Shown here piece by piece: positions 49,881 through 59,310 of a stretch of DNA of 64,000 nt. The translations under genes were made by a program, and so were the position numbers. Under the pieces are notes generated by a model. That model was not told the DNA's origin. It ran no database searches and saw nothing but the letters and a program-made list of their open reading frames with translations. Position 1 is the first letter of the stretch. The number at the start of each line of letters is the position of its first letter. The stretch is from an uncultured Gammaproteobacteria bacterium. GTDB taxonomy: Bacteria > Pseudomonadota > Gammaproteobacteria > Ga0077536. The stretch spans positions 324 through 64,323 of the forward strand of contig CAZXQY010000003.1 of NCBI GenBank assembly GCA_964642505.1, given 5' to 3'.

Positions 49881-52800
49881 TTACCAGACATCAGGATACC
49901 TGGACAGTCGTCTCTTTTTACGTGAGAGTTTGCTCGACCACAAACCCATCAAAAGCCAATCACCCGTATCTCTACGATCAATCACGGCGTCAACATCAAA
50001 GGCGGAGGCGACCGAAACACCCTTCCCCTTCGCATACATGCTTTCAAGTAGACTATCAAAAATCGATTTTCTTTCCCTTTCATTCATCGCACCATCTAGC
50101 TCCTTGCGAAAACCCAATTCCACCGCACCTTCTAAACCCATCGGGCCCATTTCTGAAGTAGGCCACCCTATCGTAAAAAAAGGCTGATGGAAACTACCAC
50201 CTGCCATAGCTTGTGCACCTAGACCATAGCCTTTACGCAAAACAATTGTAAAAAGAGGAACGGATAAATTGGCACTAGCCGTTATCAACCGGGAGCCTCT
50301 ACGCACGGAAGCCGTCTCCTCGCTGGCAGGGCCTACCATGAAGCCTGGAGTATCACATAACGAGATAACCGGCAGGCCAAAGCAATCGCATAATTGAAGA
50401 AACCTCGCCCCCTTCTCTCCCCCTTCGCCGTCGATGGCGCCTCCAAGGTGGGTAGGGTCATTCGCAATCAGCCCAAAAGAATGACCCTCTATTCGCAGTA
50501 GGATAGTAAGCAAACCGATTCCATAATCTCTTCGTAACTCAATAACCGAGCCCTCGTCGGCCAAATTTCTTATTAGCTTTCTGATGTCATATACCCGTAA
50601 TCGGTCCTCAGGGATTATGTGCCTGAGGATTCTTTGATCCGAAAAATCATAATGCTCTAATTTCCCTTGAAAATATCCGAGTATTTTTTTGGCCTTATCG
50701 GTAGCATCTGATTCATCTTTGCATAGCAAGTCGATAACACCATTCTTACTTTGCGTGTCGGACGGTCCGATATCTTCGGATTTGAATTTCCCCAACCCCC
50801 CGCTTTTATCTATCATCGCAGGTCCGGCCAGACCAATATTGGAGTTTTTAGTCGCTATCGTGATATCCGCACACCCGAAAATAACAGCGTTACCAGCGAA
50901 GCACCTACCTGAATTGATCGCTATCCTAGGCGCAATCCCCCCAAGTTGAGGCCAAGTGGCGAACGTCTTTATATCCAACCAACTCATGATTAGATCGTCA
51001 GTATCCACGTCACCGGGTCGACCTCCTCCTCCTTCCGTAAAAAAGACCACAGGAGTCTCCCAGTCACGCGCTAATTCGAAAATTCTATCCTTTTTTTTGT
51101 GGCTATTATGCCCCTGCGTACCGGCCAATACTGTGTAGTCATACGCCAACACGGCACACTTGGCCCTGTCCTCACCAAAATGTGTACTGTTCACGGTTCC
51201 AAAGCCAGCTACCAAGCCATCAGCAGGCGTCGCGATCTGCAGTTCGTCTACACTCCTTCTACGTCTTTGAGCTGCTATCGCCAAAGCTCCGTATTCCAAG
51301 AAACTATCCTCGTCACATAAGTCGTCGACATTCTCGCGCGCAGTCCTCGATCCGATTTTCCTTCGCTTAGCAACCGCCTCACCTCTCTGCTCGTCCATAA
51401 CCAAAGAGTGGCGAAAAATAACTTCCTTCAAATCAGCGCGAATATCGTCCAGATCGATTTTATCGTCACTGTGTATACTTTCGTTCATCCGGCTATCGAC
51501 TGCTAACTCGATGACTGGTTGACCTGTATCTATTACCTCACCCTCGTGTACCTTTATCCGCTTGATTAACCCGGACGCAGGCGCTTTTATTTCGTGATGC
51601 ATTTTCATCGCCTCGACAATTAAAAGCGTCTGTCCTTCCGAAACCACTTGATCTTCTTCTGATGGAATCTTTACTACGTTCCCCCTCAGCTGAGCTTCTA
51701 TCGTAACTAGCCCTGAGCCAGCGATTTTTGAATTTCTAACATCCGACCCGATTCTCTCTTGCTCGCTACCCTTCTTCCGTGAATCTTTTACAATTTCGTC
51801 TATATAAGAGGTCGTGAACTCCGCATTTACCACACCTTGCCGCTTCATAAGCTCCATTAGAAAATCAATATTTGTGTCTACTCCACGGACTTCGAATTCG
51901 GACAGCGCTCTAATGCCTTTACGGAGTAAAGACGACAAATCGCTTTCCAAGTTATGGACGATTAACTTGGCTAAAAGGGAATCAAATTCCCCACTTACTT
52001 CAAAACCCTCACGAACACCTGGGTCTACTCTGATTCCGATACCAAGCGGCGCTCGAAATTTAGACACCACCCCGGTCGACGGAAGAAAACTTCCTGCGGA
52101 ACTAAGTTTTTCCGCATTTATACGCATTTGGACGGCGCTGCCCGCAGGTTTGTCGCGCTTAGTTATCAGAACATCATCTAGCTTTTCACCTAATGCCAAT
52201 TGCAACTGAACTCGCGCCAAATCTATGCCATAAAGCATCTCCGTAATGGTATGTTCGACCTGCAATCTGGCATTTACTTCGATAAAATAGAATCTGCCTG
52301 ATCTTGGATCTACCATGAATTCCACCGTCCCGACACCCCTATATCCAACCGATCGTGCAAGACTCAAAGCGCCATCGAAAAGCTGACTTCTCATCTCTTC
52401 AGGTAGAGAAGGAGCCGGAGCTAACTCGACAATTTTTTGACGATTCCGTTGCAAACTACAGTCTCGCTCGCCTAAATGTTCCACTTGACCATTCCCGTCG
52501 CCTACCACTTGAACCTCAATGTGACGGGCACCTTCAAAAAACTCCTCGATATAAACGTCTCCTGAGCCAAAAGCATGTTTAGCTTCTTCACAAGCCAATA
52601 AAAACGCGGCTTCCAAATCGGTTTCGGCATCGATCACTCGAATACCTCTGCCTCCTCCTCCAGCAACCGCCTTGAGCACAAAAGATTTATTGGAGGGACA
52701 CTTCCGAATATAACTTTCCAAATCACCGGGATTTCGGAGCACGGCTGAACCATCTAATATTGGAAGCCCAACCTTCACGGCCTGAGATCGAGCCGATAAC

Positions 52801-53150
52801 TTATTTCCGAACAGCCTGAGCTGAGAAACGGTCGGGCCCACCCATGTGATACCAGCGTTCTCCATTTGCTCGGCAAAATCGGCACTCTCTGACAAAAATC
52901 CATAACCGGGATGAATAAGATTACAATCGAATTTCTGCGCCGCAGAAAGTATCGCTGACGTATTTAAATAGGCTGCCGCTCCTTGGCCAGAAATTTCCAC
53001 TGAATTTCCCTGCGAGAAAAGCACATGGGATGCAAACCTGTCCGACTCACAATGTACCGCAATAGCTTTCAGATTCAGATCATGTGCCGACTGCAAAACT
53101 CGCAACGCAATTTCGCCTCTATTAGCTACTAGGACCCGAGCATCAGACAT
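49881..53150 (-). CDS. Single-chain multi-domain biotin-dependent carboxylase (biotin carboxylase, then biotinyl/BCCP domain, then carboxyltransferase)
   Basis: N-terminal ATP-grasp BC domain (VLVANRGEIA...), a central biotinylation motif (LLIVEAMKMHHEIKAPASG), and a C-terminal crotonase-superfamily CT domain (acyl-CoA carboxylase β-like). Total length 1096 aa. Confidence 0.85.
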   Translation of the reverse strand: MSDARVLVANRGEIALRVLQSAHDLNLKAIAVHCESDRFASHVLFSQGNSVEISGQGAAAYLNTSAILSAAQKFDCNLIHPGYGFLSESADFAEQMENAGITWVGPTVSQLRLFGNKLSARSQAVKVGLPILDGSAVLRNPGDLESYIRKCPSNKSFVLKAVAGGGGRGIRVIDAETDLEAAFLLACEEAKHAFGSGDVYIEEFFEGARHIEVQVVGDGNGQVEHLGERDCSLQRNRQKIVELAPAPSLPEEMRSQLFDGALSLARSVGYRGVGTVEFMVDPRSGRFYFIEVNARLQVEHTITEMLYGIDLARVQLQLALGEKLDDVLITKRDKPAGSAVQMRINAEKLSSAGSFLPSTGVVSKFRAPLGIGIRVDPGVREGFEVSGEFDSLLAKLIVHNLESDLSSLLRKGIRALSEFEVRGVDTNIDFLMELMKRQGVVNAEFTTSYIDEIVKDSRKKGSEQERIGSDVRNSKIAGSGLVTIEAQLRGNVVKIPSEEDQVVSEGQTLLIVEAMKMHHEIKAPASGLIKRIKVHEGEVIDTGQPVIELAVDSRMNESIHSDDKIDLDDIRADLKEVIFRHSLVMDEQRGEAVAKRRKIGSRTARENVDDLCDEDSFLEYGALAIAAQRRRRSVDELQIATPADGLVAGFGTVNSTHFGEDRAKCAVLAYDYTVLAGTQGHNSHKKKDRIFELARDWETPVVFFTEGGGGRPGDVDTDDLIMSWLDIKTFATWPQLGGIAPRIAINSGRCFAGNAVIFGCADITIATKNSNIGLAGPAMIDKSGGLGKFKSEDIGPSDTQSKNGVIDLLCKDESDATDKAKKILGYFQGKLEHYDFSDQRILRHIIPEDRLRVYDIRKLIRNLADEGSVIELRRDYGIGLLTILLRIEGHSFGLIANDPTHLGGAIDGEGGEKGARFLQLCDCFGLPVISLCDTPGFMVGPASEETASVRRGSRLITASANLSVPLFTIVLRKGYGLGAQAMAGGSFHQPFFTIGWPTSEMGPMGLEGAVELGFRKELDGAMNERERKSIFDSLLESMYAKGKGVSVASAFDVDAVIDRRDTGDWLLMGLWSSKLSRKKRRLSRYPDVW

Positions 53151-53259
53151 ACAATCTTCCTTTAATATCAAGTGGTATAGACTAAGCTAGCTTATCTTCA
53201 CTCGACTTTCAAAATTTCGGGTTATTATAGCCGCCCTCATAACGGACTTAATAATGCGG

Positions 53260-53336
53260 TGGCGCGCCCGGAGAGATTCGAACTCCCGACCACCTGGTTC
53301 GAAGCCAGGTACTCTATCCAGCTGAGCTACGGGCGC
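53260..53336 (-). tRNA. tRNA-Arg (anticodon TCG), CCA encoded
   Basis: The reverse complement folds as GCGCCCG...anticodon loop CUUCGAA...CGGGCGC-G-CCA. The backbone is almost identical to E. coli argV. Confidence 0.85.
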
Positions 53337-53364
53337 GCAGAAGATAAATCATCTATTCACTATT

Positions 53365-53441
53365 TGGCGCGCCCGGAGAGATTCGAACTCCCGACCGCCT
53401 GGTTCGTAGCCAGGTACTCTATCCAGCTGAGCTACGGGCGC
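53365..53441 (-). tRNA. tRNA-Arg (anticodon ACG), CCA encoded
   Basis: Same scaffold as the neighbouring copy, but the anticodon loop reads CUACGAA and there is one variable-loop difference. Confidence 0.85.
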
Positions 53442-53639
53442 TTATTCTAAAATGTGCCATTACTCTCGGTTGCCTGAGATTATCATCGCCATAAAACCCG
53501 CTGTCAAATACTCTAAAAGCAAAGCCAAGAAAAATAAACTTAAGTTCCCGAAGCAACTAATTTTACTACCTAATAACTAGCATCATTGGTCTAGCGGAGC
53601 TACACTCTGCATTATAGAGACAAAGCAAGGGGTAGTTTT

Positions 53640-54398
53640 GTGAGGAAAAACATAGACATTAACTGCGATATGGGTGAAAGCTTTGGCAATTGGATTATGG
53701 GTGACGACGAAGGCATGATGTCTAGGATAACCACTGCGAACGTAGCGTGCGGCTTCCACGCGAGCGATCCGGTAACCATGGTCAAAACTGTGGCACTGGC
53801 TAAAAAACATGATGTTGTCGTGGGCTCACACCCTGGCCTGCCTGATCTTCTCGGGTTCGGTCGCCGGGCTATGAATATTACACCGGAAGATGCTTACGCC
53901 TATATGGTGTATCAAACCGGAGCTCTGGAGGCGACTCTTAAAACGCAAGGGATGAACCTCCATCATGTCAAACCTCATGGGGCTTTTTATTCGATCTTGA
54001 GAGACAACGAAGAAGTAGCATCTGCCGTTGCTGAAGCGATAGCTTCTTTGTCGACCGCACCCATCCTTTATTGGCCCGCTCCGACTTCTGCAGCGCTGCC
54101 CGCTGCGGCAAATAAGTTGGGAGTGAAAGTGGTAGGAGAAATCTATCCCGATCTACAGTACGCGTCTGACGGCTCCTTGATAATTCAACGAGAAAAACAT
54201 TTAACAGACACAGTTTTCGCTTCAAAACAAGTTGAGCGGTACGTTGAAACAGGAAAAGTGGAAGCCACAGATGGAAGCTTGTTGCAGCTGGATGCTGAAA
54301 GCATCTGCATCCATGGGGACGGGCCTAATGCGACCGAAGTGGCCGATGCCATACGAAAAAGGCTACACGATTTGGGCTGTGAAATTAACGCCGCGTGA
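53640..54398 (+). CDS. pxpA: 5-oxoprolinase subunit A (LamB/YcsF family)
   Basis: DINCDMGES...ACGFHASDP...HVKPHGA motifs. GTG start. Confidence 0.85.
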   Translation: MRKNIDINCDMGESFGNWIMGDDEGMMSRITTANVACGFHASDPVTMVKTVALAKKHDVVVGSHPGLPDLLGFGRRAMNITPEDAYAYMVYQTGALEATLKTQGMNLHHVKPHGAFYSILRDNEEVASAVAEAIASLSTAPILYWPAPTSAALPAAANKLGVKVVGEIYPDLQYASDGSLIIQREKHLTDTVFASKQVERYVETGKVEATDGSLLQLDAESICIHGDGPNATEVADAIRKRLHDLGCEINAA

Positions 54399-54430
54399 CG
54401 CTAGGATTCTAATTAAAAAGGCGGATTATT

Positions 54431-55462
54431 ATGAAATTTGGTTTATTGTTTTCACACCAAGTCCCTCCTACCTCTGGGGGGTCTTGGTCAACCCCGTATA
54501 AGGATATGCTTGAATGCCTCCCTTATGCAGAGGAATTGGGATATCAATCCGCTTTTCACGCCACCCACCATGCCCAGAAAGACGGACTCTGCCCGGCACC
54601 TATGGTGGCCTGTGCGGCGGCGGCGGCTGTCACTAAAACCATGAGAATAGGGACCGGTGTATTACTCGTTCCACTCTACGCACCACTAAAATTGGCAGAA
54701 GATATAGCGGTACTAGATAACGTCTCTAATGGCCGGTTCGTGTTTGGCGTCGCTCCGGGCTACGTGGCCAAAGAGTTTGAAGCACACCAGATTCCCAGAT
54801 CAGAAAGAGTGGGCCGATTTGAAGAGGCGCTGGACCTGATGACAATGGCTTGGACGTCAGAGAACTTTGAGTTCAATGGTAAATACTATAAAGTTCCGGA
54901 AACGCAACTAACCCCAAAACCGCAACAGTCTCCCCACCCACCCATTTGGTATGGTGTCTCCGCCACTAATTCCTTGAAAAGAGCCGCTCGTCGCAAGGCG
55001 GTACAAATTATGTCTCCACGACATGGCCCAGAAGAATTGGTCCAGCATTTTAAACCCTACGAAGAAGAGGCCGCCAAAATTGGATGGAAAATTCCTGAAA
55101 GACCAATAATCCGCAACGTATTTGTGGCCGAAACGCATACCAAAGCAGAGGAAATTGCCGGGCCTGCTCTTAAGTACTTGTACACGGAGTTATACGGAGC
55201 GGCCTCCGCAGCAGGGGAAAGGGTCCTCAAAGCTGCGGACGGCTCTATTATCACGGATAAAGATTCAGTCACTTTTGATACCTTCAAAAATCGGTATATT
55301 GTTGGAGACCCCAATTTCGCGATAGAACAACTATCCTTGTATCGCGATGCTGTAGATCCTAGTGAAGTCGTCTGCTGGATGCATTTACCTGGAATAAGCG
55401 GAGCCAACGCAAGAAAATCGATGGAGTTATTCGCGAAAGAAGTGATGCCTCACTTCAGTTGA
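54431..55462 (+). CDS. LLM-class flavin-dependent oxidoreductase
   Basis: Luciferase-like TIM-barrel signature (GRFVFGVAPG...). Confidence 0.75.
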   Translation: MKFGLLFSHQVPPTSGGSWSTPYKDMLECLPYAEELGYQSAFHATHHAQKDGLCPAPMVACAAAAAVTKTMRIGTGVLLVPLYAPLKLAEDIAVLDNVSNGRFVFGVAPGYVAKEFEAHQIPRSERVGRFEEALDLMTMAWTSENFEFNGKYYKVPETQLTPKPQQSPHPPIWYGVSATNSLKRAARRKAVQIMSPRHGPEELVQHFKPYEEEAAKIGWKIPERPIIRNVFVAETHTKAEEIAGPALKYLYTELYGAASAAGERVLKAADGSIITDKDSVTFDTFKNRYIVGDPNFAIEQLSLYRDAVDPSEVVCWMHLPGISGANARKSMELFAKEVMPHFS

Positions 55463-55479
55463 GAGCTCTGGAACACGAG

Positions 55480-56448
55480 TTAAAAAAGGTCACGAATGCG
55501 TTCCAGTCGACCCTCTTCATCAAGCCTCGCCTGAAGAGCCTCTTCCATTGAAACTTTTACAAATTTTACAGGGGTATTTGGTTGTAGTTGTCCAAGAATA
55601 TCCATGTCTGCAGAAATAACCGCTCCGATCTGAAAATAGCCGCCGGCAGACACCGCGTCCCTATGTAATACGATAGGTTCAAGCCCCGAAGGAATTTGAA
55701 CAGAACCATACGGATATGGACTATCAACTATGTTGGAAGGATCTGAACCAGCGCCAAAGGGTTGATCTCTAGGCTCAAACTCCATTGGGCGACCTCCTGA
55801 AAATCGAACTCCCATCCGATCTGCCTCGGTAGAAACTACCCAACGATCTTCAAAAAAGCCCTCCCCCGAGGTTTTTGTCAAACGGTGCCAGAATAAACCT
55901 GGCATAACTCTCAAATTAGCGGCCTCTCCCATGGTGCGTCTTAGCTCTTCTGGAATATATCGGCATTTACTTTTTAGATCACCCTGACCACAATGCAGGA
56001 CATCTTCAGCTACCAGTATTCTACCGTGAAAGCCTCCCAGCTGCCCTACCAAATATGTCGACCGACTGCCCAGCACCAAAGGTACATCTACCCCACCCGA
56101 CACAGCTATATAGATCCGCGCTCCACCCTTGAGGTAGCCAAATTCCAAAACTTGTCCTGCCTTAACTTCGATAGCAGTCCAAGTCTGATGCTCCTTTCCA
56201 TCCAAGCACACGGGAAGGTCAGCCCCAGTGACAGACACGAGGGTATCTGTATCAAACAGTAATCTAGGACCGATGTAGGGGCTCTCTATACAGGCCGCCG
56301 ACTCGTCGTTGCCAACCAAGAGATTAGCCACACGCAACGCGAAGCGATCCATTGCCCCTCCGATAGGAATCCCCAACTGATAATATCCAGGTCTCCCTAG
56401 ATCCTGAATCGTTGCTGCCAATCCTGCTTCCAAAATTTTAATTGCCAT
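55480..56448 (-). CDS. pxpC: 5-oxoprolinase subunit C (KipA/allophanate-hydrolase-subunit-2 family)
   Basis: MAIKILEAGLAATIQDLGRPGYYQLGIPIGGAMD N-terminus and cyclophilin-like fold family. Confidence 0.8.
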   Translation of the reverse strand: MAIKILEAGLAATIQDLGRPGYYQLGIPIGGAMDRFALRVANLLVGNDESAACIESPYIGPRLLFDTDTLVSVTGADLPVCLDGKEHQTWTAIEVKAGQVLEFGYLKGGARIYIAVSGGVDVPLVLGSRSTYLVGQLGGFHGRILVAEDVLHCGQGDLKSKCRYIPEELRRTMGEAANLRVMPGLFWHRLTKTSGEGFFEDRWVVSTEADRMGVRFSGGRPMEFEPRDQPFGAGSDPSNIVDSPYPYGSVQIPSGLEPIVLHRDAVSAGGYFQIGAVISADMDILGQLQPNTPVKFVKVSMEEALQARLDEEGRLERIRDLF

Positions 56449-57313
56449 ATAGGGCACCTATGAGACCAGCATTATATCCATCCCTATCAGCCAAAAAAGC
56501 AGACAAATCAAAACGTATCTCCACTCGGGGTGGCTCGAACAAATTGTTCCGAACCAGATCCACTATATGCTCATATTCTTCCACATCTATAGCACGAAAC
56601 TTTACAATGTCTCCGGTACGGAAAAATACCATCGAACCTTCCAGATAAGATTGATGACAATCGGGATTGAAAATTTGCATAGGGGTTATTCCAAACATTT
56701 GATACCCCCCAGCACCTCGCACGGCATAGATAGCTGTAAAACAACCACCATGCCCAATTGTATGCCTGGGAGTATCAGTTCTTGGCCGGACATATTTGGG
56801 TACTTCAATCTGTCTAGAGCGTTCCACCATTTGGTACAATCCCGGGACGCCGCAAACAAACCCAAGAAGTGAAACAAACCAAGGGGAACCGTGATGGCTT
56901 TCTATAAACTCCGTTACAGATGAAAAACCATTGAGCCTAGCAGCATATTCTAGGTCTGTTGAATCAGGATCTTGATGTCGATCTCTAAAACTATTCATCG
57001 TTTCTCTCGTCCAAGGATCTTCGTAAAAAACTGGCACCTCAACAATCCTCGTGTCTATTGAATTACCAGTTAACCCAGATTCATTATCGATTCTCTTTAT
57101 TTCTTTTAATAATTCTTCCGGGCTAATAAGACCCGGATCAAATCGGACCATATACGTGGTGTTTACCGCGCAAATCTCTGATACTCCCGTAATCTTGTGC
57201 TTTCGTATCAACTCGGCAGCATTCATGCTTTTAAAAAATGCCTCTAAAGACATTTCCTCGGAACACTCCCCTAAAAGGTGTTCATCTGCTCCGAAAGTAA
57301 AACGCGTCTCCAT
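56438..57313 (-). CDS. pxpB: 5-oxoprolinase subunit B (KipI/allophanate-hydrolase-subunit-1 family)
   Basis: AHS1/KipI family. Its 3' end overlaps the pxpC start, consistent with translational coupling. Confidence 0.75.
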   Translation of the reverse strand: METRFTFGADEHLLGECSEEMSLEAFFKSMNAAELIRKHKITGVSEICAVNTTYMVRFDPGLISPEELLKEIKRIDNESGLTGNSIDTRIVEVPVFYEDPWTRETMNSFRDRHQDPDSTDLEYAARLNGFSSVTEFIESHHGSPWFVSLLGFVCGVPGLYQMVERSRQIEVPKYVRPRTDTPRHTIGHGGCFTAIYAVRGAGGYQMFGITPMQIFNPDCHQSYLEGSMVFFRTGDIVKFRAIDVEEYEHIVDLVRNNLFEPPRVEIRFDLSAFLADRDGYNAGLIGALYGN

Positions 57314-57410
57314 CCTGTTATCTCCTACTTCAGTAACTTAGTAAGACTATAATATTAGAGTTCCTCTTTATAGGATTTAATAGAAGCCAGGGATTGTCAA
57401 TCTGGCGCAA

Positions 57411-59300
57411 TTGAAAGAAAATTTGCCATCGCTTCAGTTATTTAATATCTTATTGGACAAAATCACCGAGCGCCATCCCCGTTGTGTAGGAAATGGAGGG
57501 CGCCAGCAAAGGACACCGCAAGGGGGACTGTCGAGCGTGAAGCCGACAAATGTACGTGATCCAGATTACTTCCACAAGGTAGTAGATTGCCAGTGGGCTT
57601 GCCCTGCTCATACTCCCGTGCCGGAATATATCCGTCTGATCGCTGAAGAACGGTACGCAGACGCTTATATGGTTAACTGGGAATCGAATGTTTTCCCAGG
57701 AATACTTGGTAGGACTTGCGACAGACCCTGTGAGCCCGCCTGCCGGCGAGGGAGAGTTGAAGAAAAACCCGTAGCAATATGCAGACTGAAAAGGGTCGCT
57801 GCGGATTTCAAAGGGGATATTTCAGAGCGACTTCCTAGAGAGCCGAATACAAAAAACAATCATAAAATAGCTTGTGTGGGCGGCGGCCCCGCCTCACTCA
57901 CCGTCGCTCGAGACCTCTCTAGAATAGGTTATAGAGTTACAATCCTCGACTCTGAAAGGCAACTGGGAGGTATGATAAGAAGCCAGATTCCCAAGTTCCG
58001 TCTGCCGGAAGAAATTATAGACGAAGAGATAAACTACGTCTTGAAACTGGGTATAAATTTCGAAAGCCGTTGGGTGGAATCTCTGCAGCACTTGCTGGAA
58101 GAAGATTATGACGCGATTTTCGTGGGTACAGGCGCTCCACGTGGTAAAGACCTTGAGATACCTGGACATGTGGAGGCCGCGGACAATATACATATAGGCA
58201 TTGACTGGTTATCTTCTGTCGCGTTTGGTCATATCTCTCGGATTGGAAAAAGAGTCATCGTTCTCGGTGGCGGCAACACGGCTATGGACTGTTGCCGCTC
58301 CTCAATGCGCTTAGGGGGGGAATCCGTAACGGTAGTTGTTAGATCAGGTTTTGAAGAAATGAAAGCCTCCGAGTGGGAGAAAGAAGATGCCATGCATGAG
58401 GGAATCCCGATTCGGAACTACCTAGTTCCTAAAGCCTTCTTAATCGACCAGGGCACTCTCTCTGGCATGCAATTTGAGAAAGTTAGAGCCGAGTATATCG
58501 GCAAAAAAAGAAAGCTTATACCCACTGGAGAACCAGACGAAATCATTGCGTGCGATGACGTGTTAATTGCCATCGGTCAGGAAAATGCTTTCCCTTGGAT
58601 AGAGAGAGATATTGGAATCGAATTCGACGATTGGGGACTACCAAAACTGGACCCGAACTCTCTACAATCCACTCGTCCAGAAATCTTCTTCGGTGGAGAT
58701 GCCGCGTTCGGCCCCGAGAATATAATTTGGGCTGTAGCTCATGGACATGAGGCGGCTATTTCTATCGATAAATTTCTGACTAATAAGTCAGTTAAGAAAC
58801 GTCCAAAACCAAATGTTCAGATAGAACCCCAGAAAATGGGAATTCATGAATGGAGCTATGATAACGACATTTCCAGTGGTCCGAGACAAAAAGTGCCCCT
58901 GGAGCGACTAAAAAAAGCTCTCTCAAACATAAAAGTCGAAGTGGAAAAAGGTTTTCCCACTTCGACTGCGTGGACAGAAGCGCAAAGATGCTTAAATTGC
59001 GATGTGCAAACCGTTTTCTCTGACAATCTTTGTATAGAATGTGATGCTTGTACAGATATTTGCCCTACCGATTGTATCAACTTCACTGATAACGCTGCAG
59101 AAAATAATCTCCGGAAACAGTTGCGAGCACCTGCCGATGACTTAGATCAAGATCTATATGTATCAGGTAAACTTCCAACCGGATTAGTAATGGTGAAAGA
59201 CGAAAACGTTTGCCTCCATTGTGGCCTATGCGCCGAACGATGCCCCACGGGAGCTTGGGATATGAAAAAATATCTGATCAACATCGAACAGGTGCGCTAA
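57411..59300 (+). CDS. GltD/SudA-family FAD/NAD(P)H oxidoreductase fused to a C-terminal 2x[4Fe-4S] ferredoxin domain (candidate electron-transfer partner of KorAB)
   Basis: N-terminal Cys cluster like the glutamate synthase small subunit (NVFPGILGRTCDRPCEPAC), a dinucleotide fold (KIACVGGGPASL), a second GGGNTAMD motif, and two CxxCxxCxxxCP ferredoxin motifs at the C-terminus. TTG start. Confidence 0.75.
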   Translation: MKENLPSLQLFNILLDKITERHPRCVGNGGRQQRTPQGGLSSVKPTNVRDPDYFHKVVDCQWACPAHTPVPEYIRLIAEERYADAYMVNWESNVFPGILGRTCDRPCEPACRRGRVEEKPVAICRLKRVAADFKGDISERLPREPNTKNNHKIACVGGGPASLTVARDLSRIGYRVTILDSERQLGGMIRSQIPKFRLPEEIIDEEINYVLKLGINFESRWVESLQHLLEEDYDAIFVGTGAPRGKDLEIPGHVEAADNIHIGIDWLSSVAFGHISRIGKRVIVLGGGNTAMDCCRSSMRLGGESVTVVVRSGFEEMKASEWEKEDAMHEGIPIRNYLVPKAFLIDQGTLSGMQFEKVRAEYIGKKRKLIPTGEPDEIIACDDVLIAIGQENAFPWIERDIGIEFDDWGLPKLDPNSLQSTRPEIFFGGDAAFGPENIIWAVAHGHEAAISIDKFLTNKSVKKRPKPNVQIEPQKMGIHEWSYDNDISSGPRQKVPLERLKKALSNIKVEVEKGFPTSTAWTEAQRCLNCDVQTVFSDNLCIECDACTDICPTDCINFTDNAAENNLRKQLRAPADDLDQDLYVSGKLPTGLVMVKDENVCLHCGLCAERCPTGAWDMKKYLINIEQVR

Positions 59301-59310
59301 TTAAATAATA

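Noticed and set aside
53259-53450. 63-aa plus-strand ORF (MARPERFELPTTWFEARYSIQLSYGR… repeated twice)
   Set aside because: It is the translation of the reverse strand of the two tandem tRNA-Arg genes. The internal repeat in the protein simply mirrors the duplicated tRNA.
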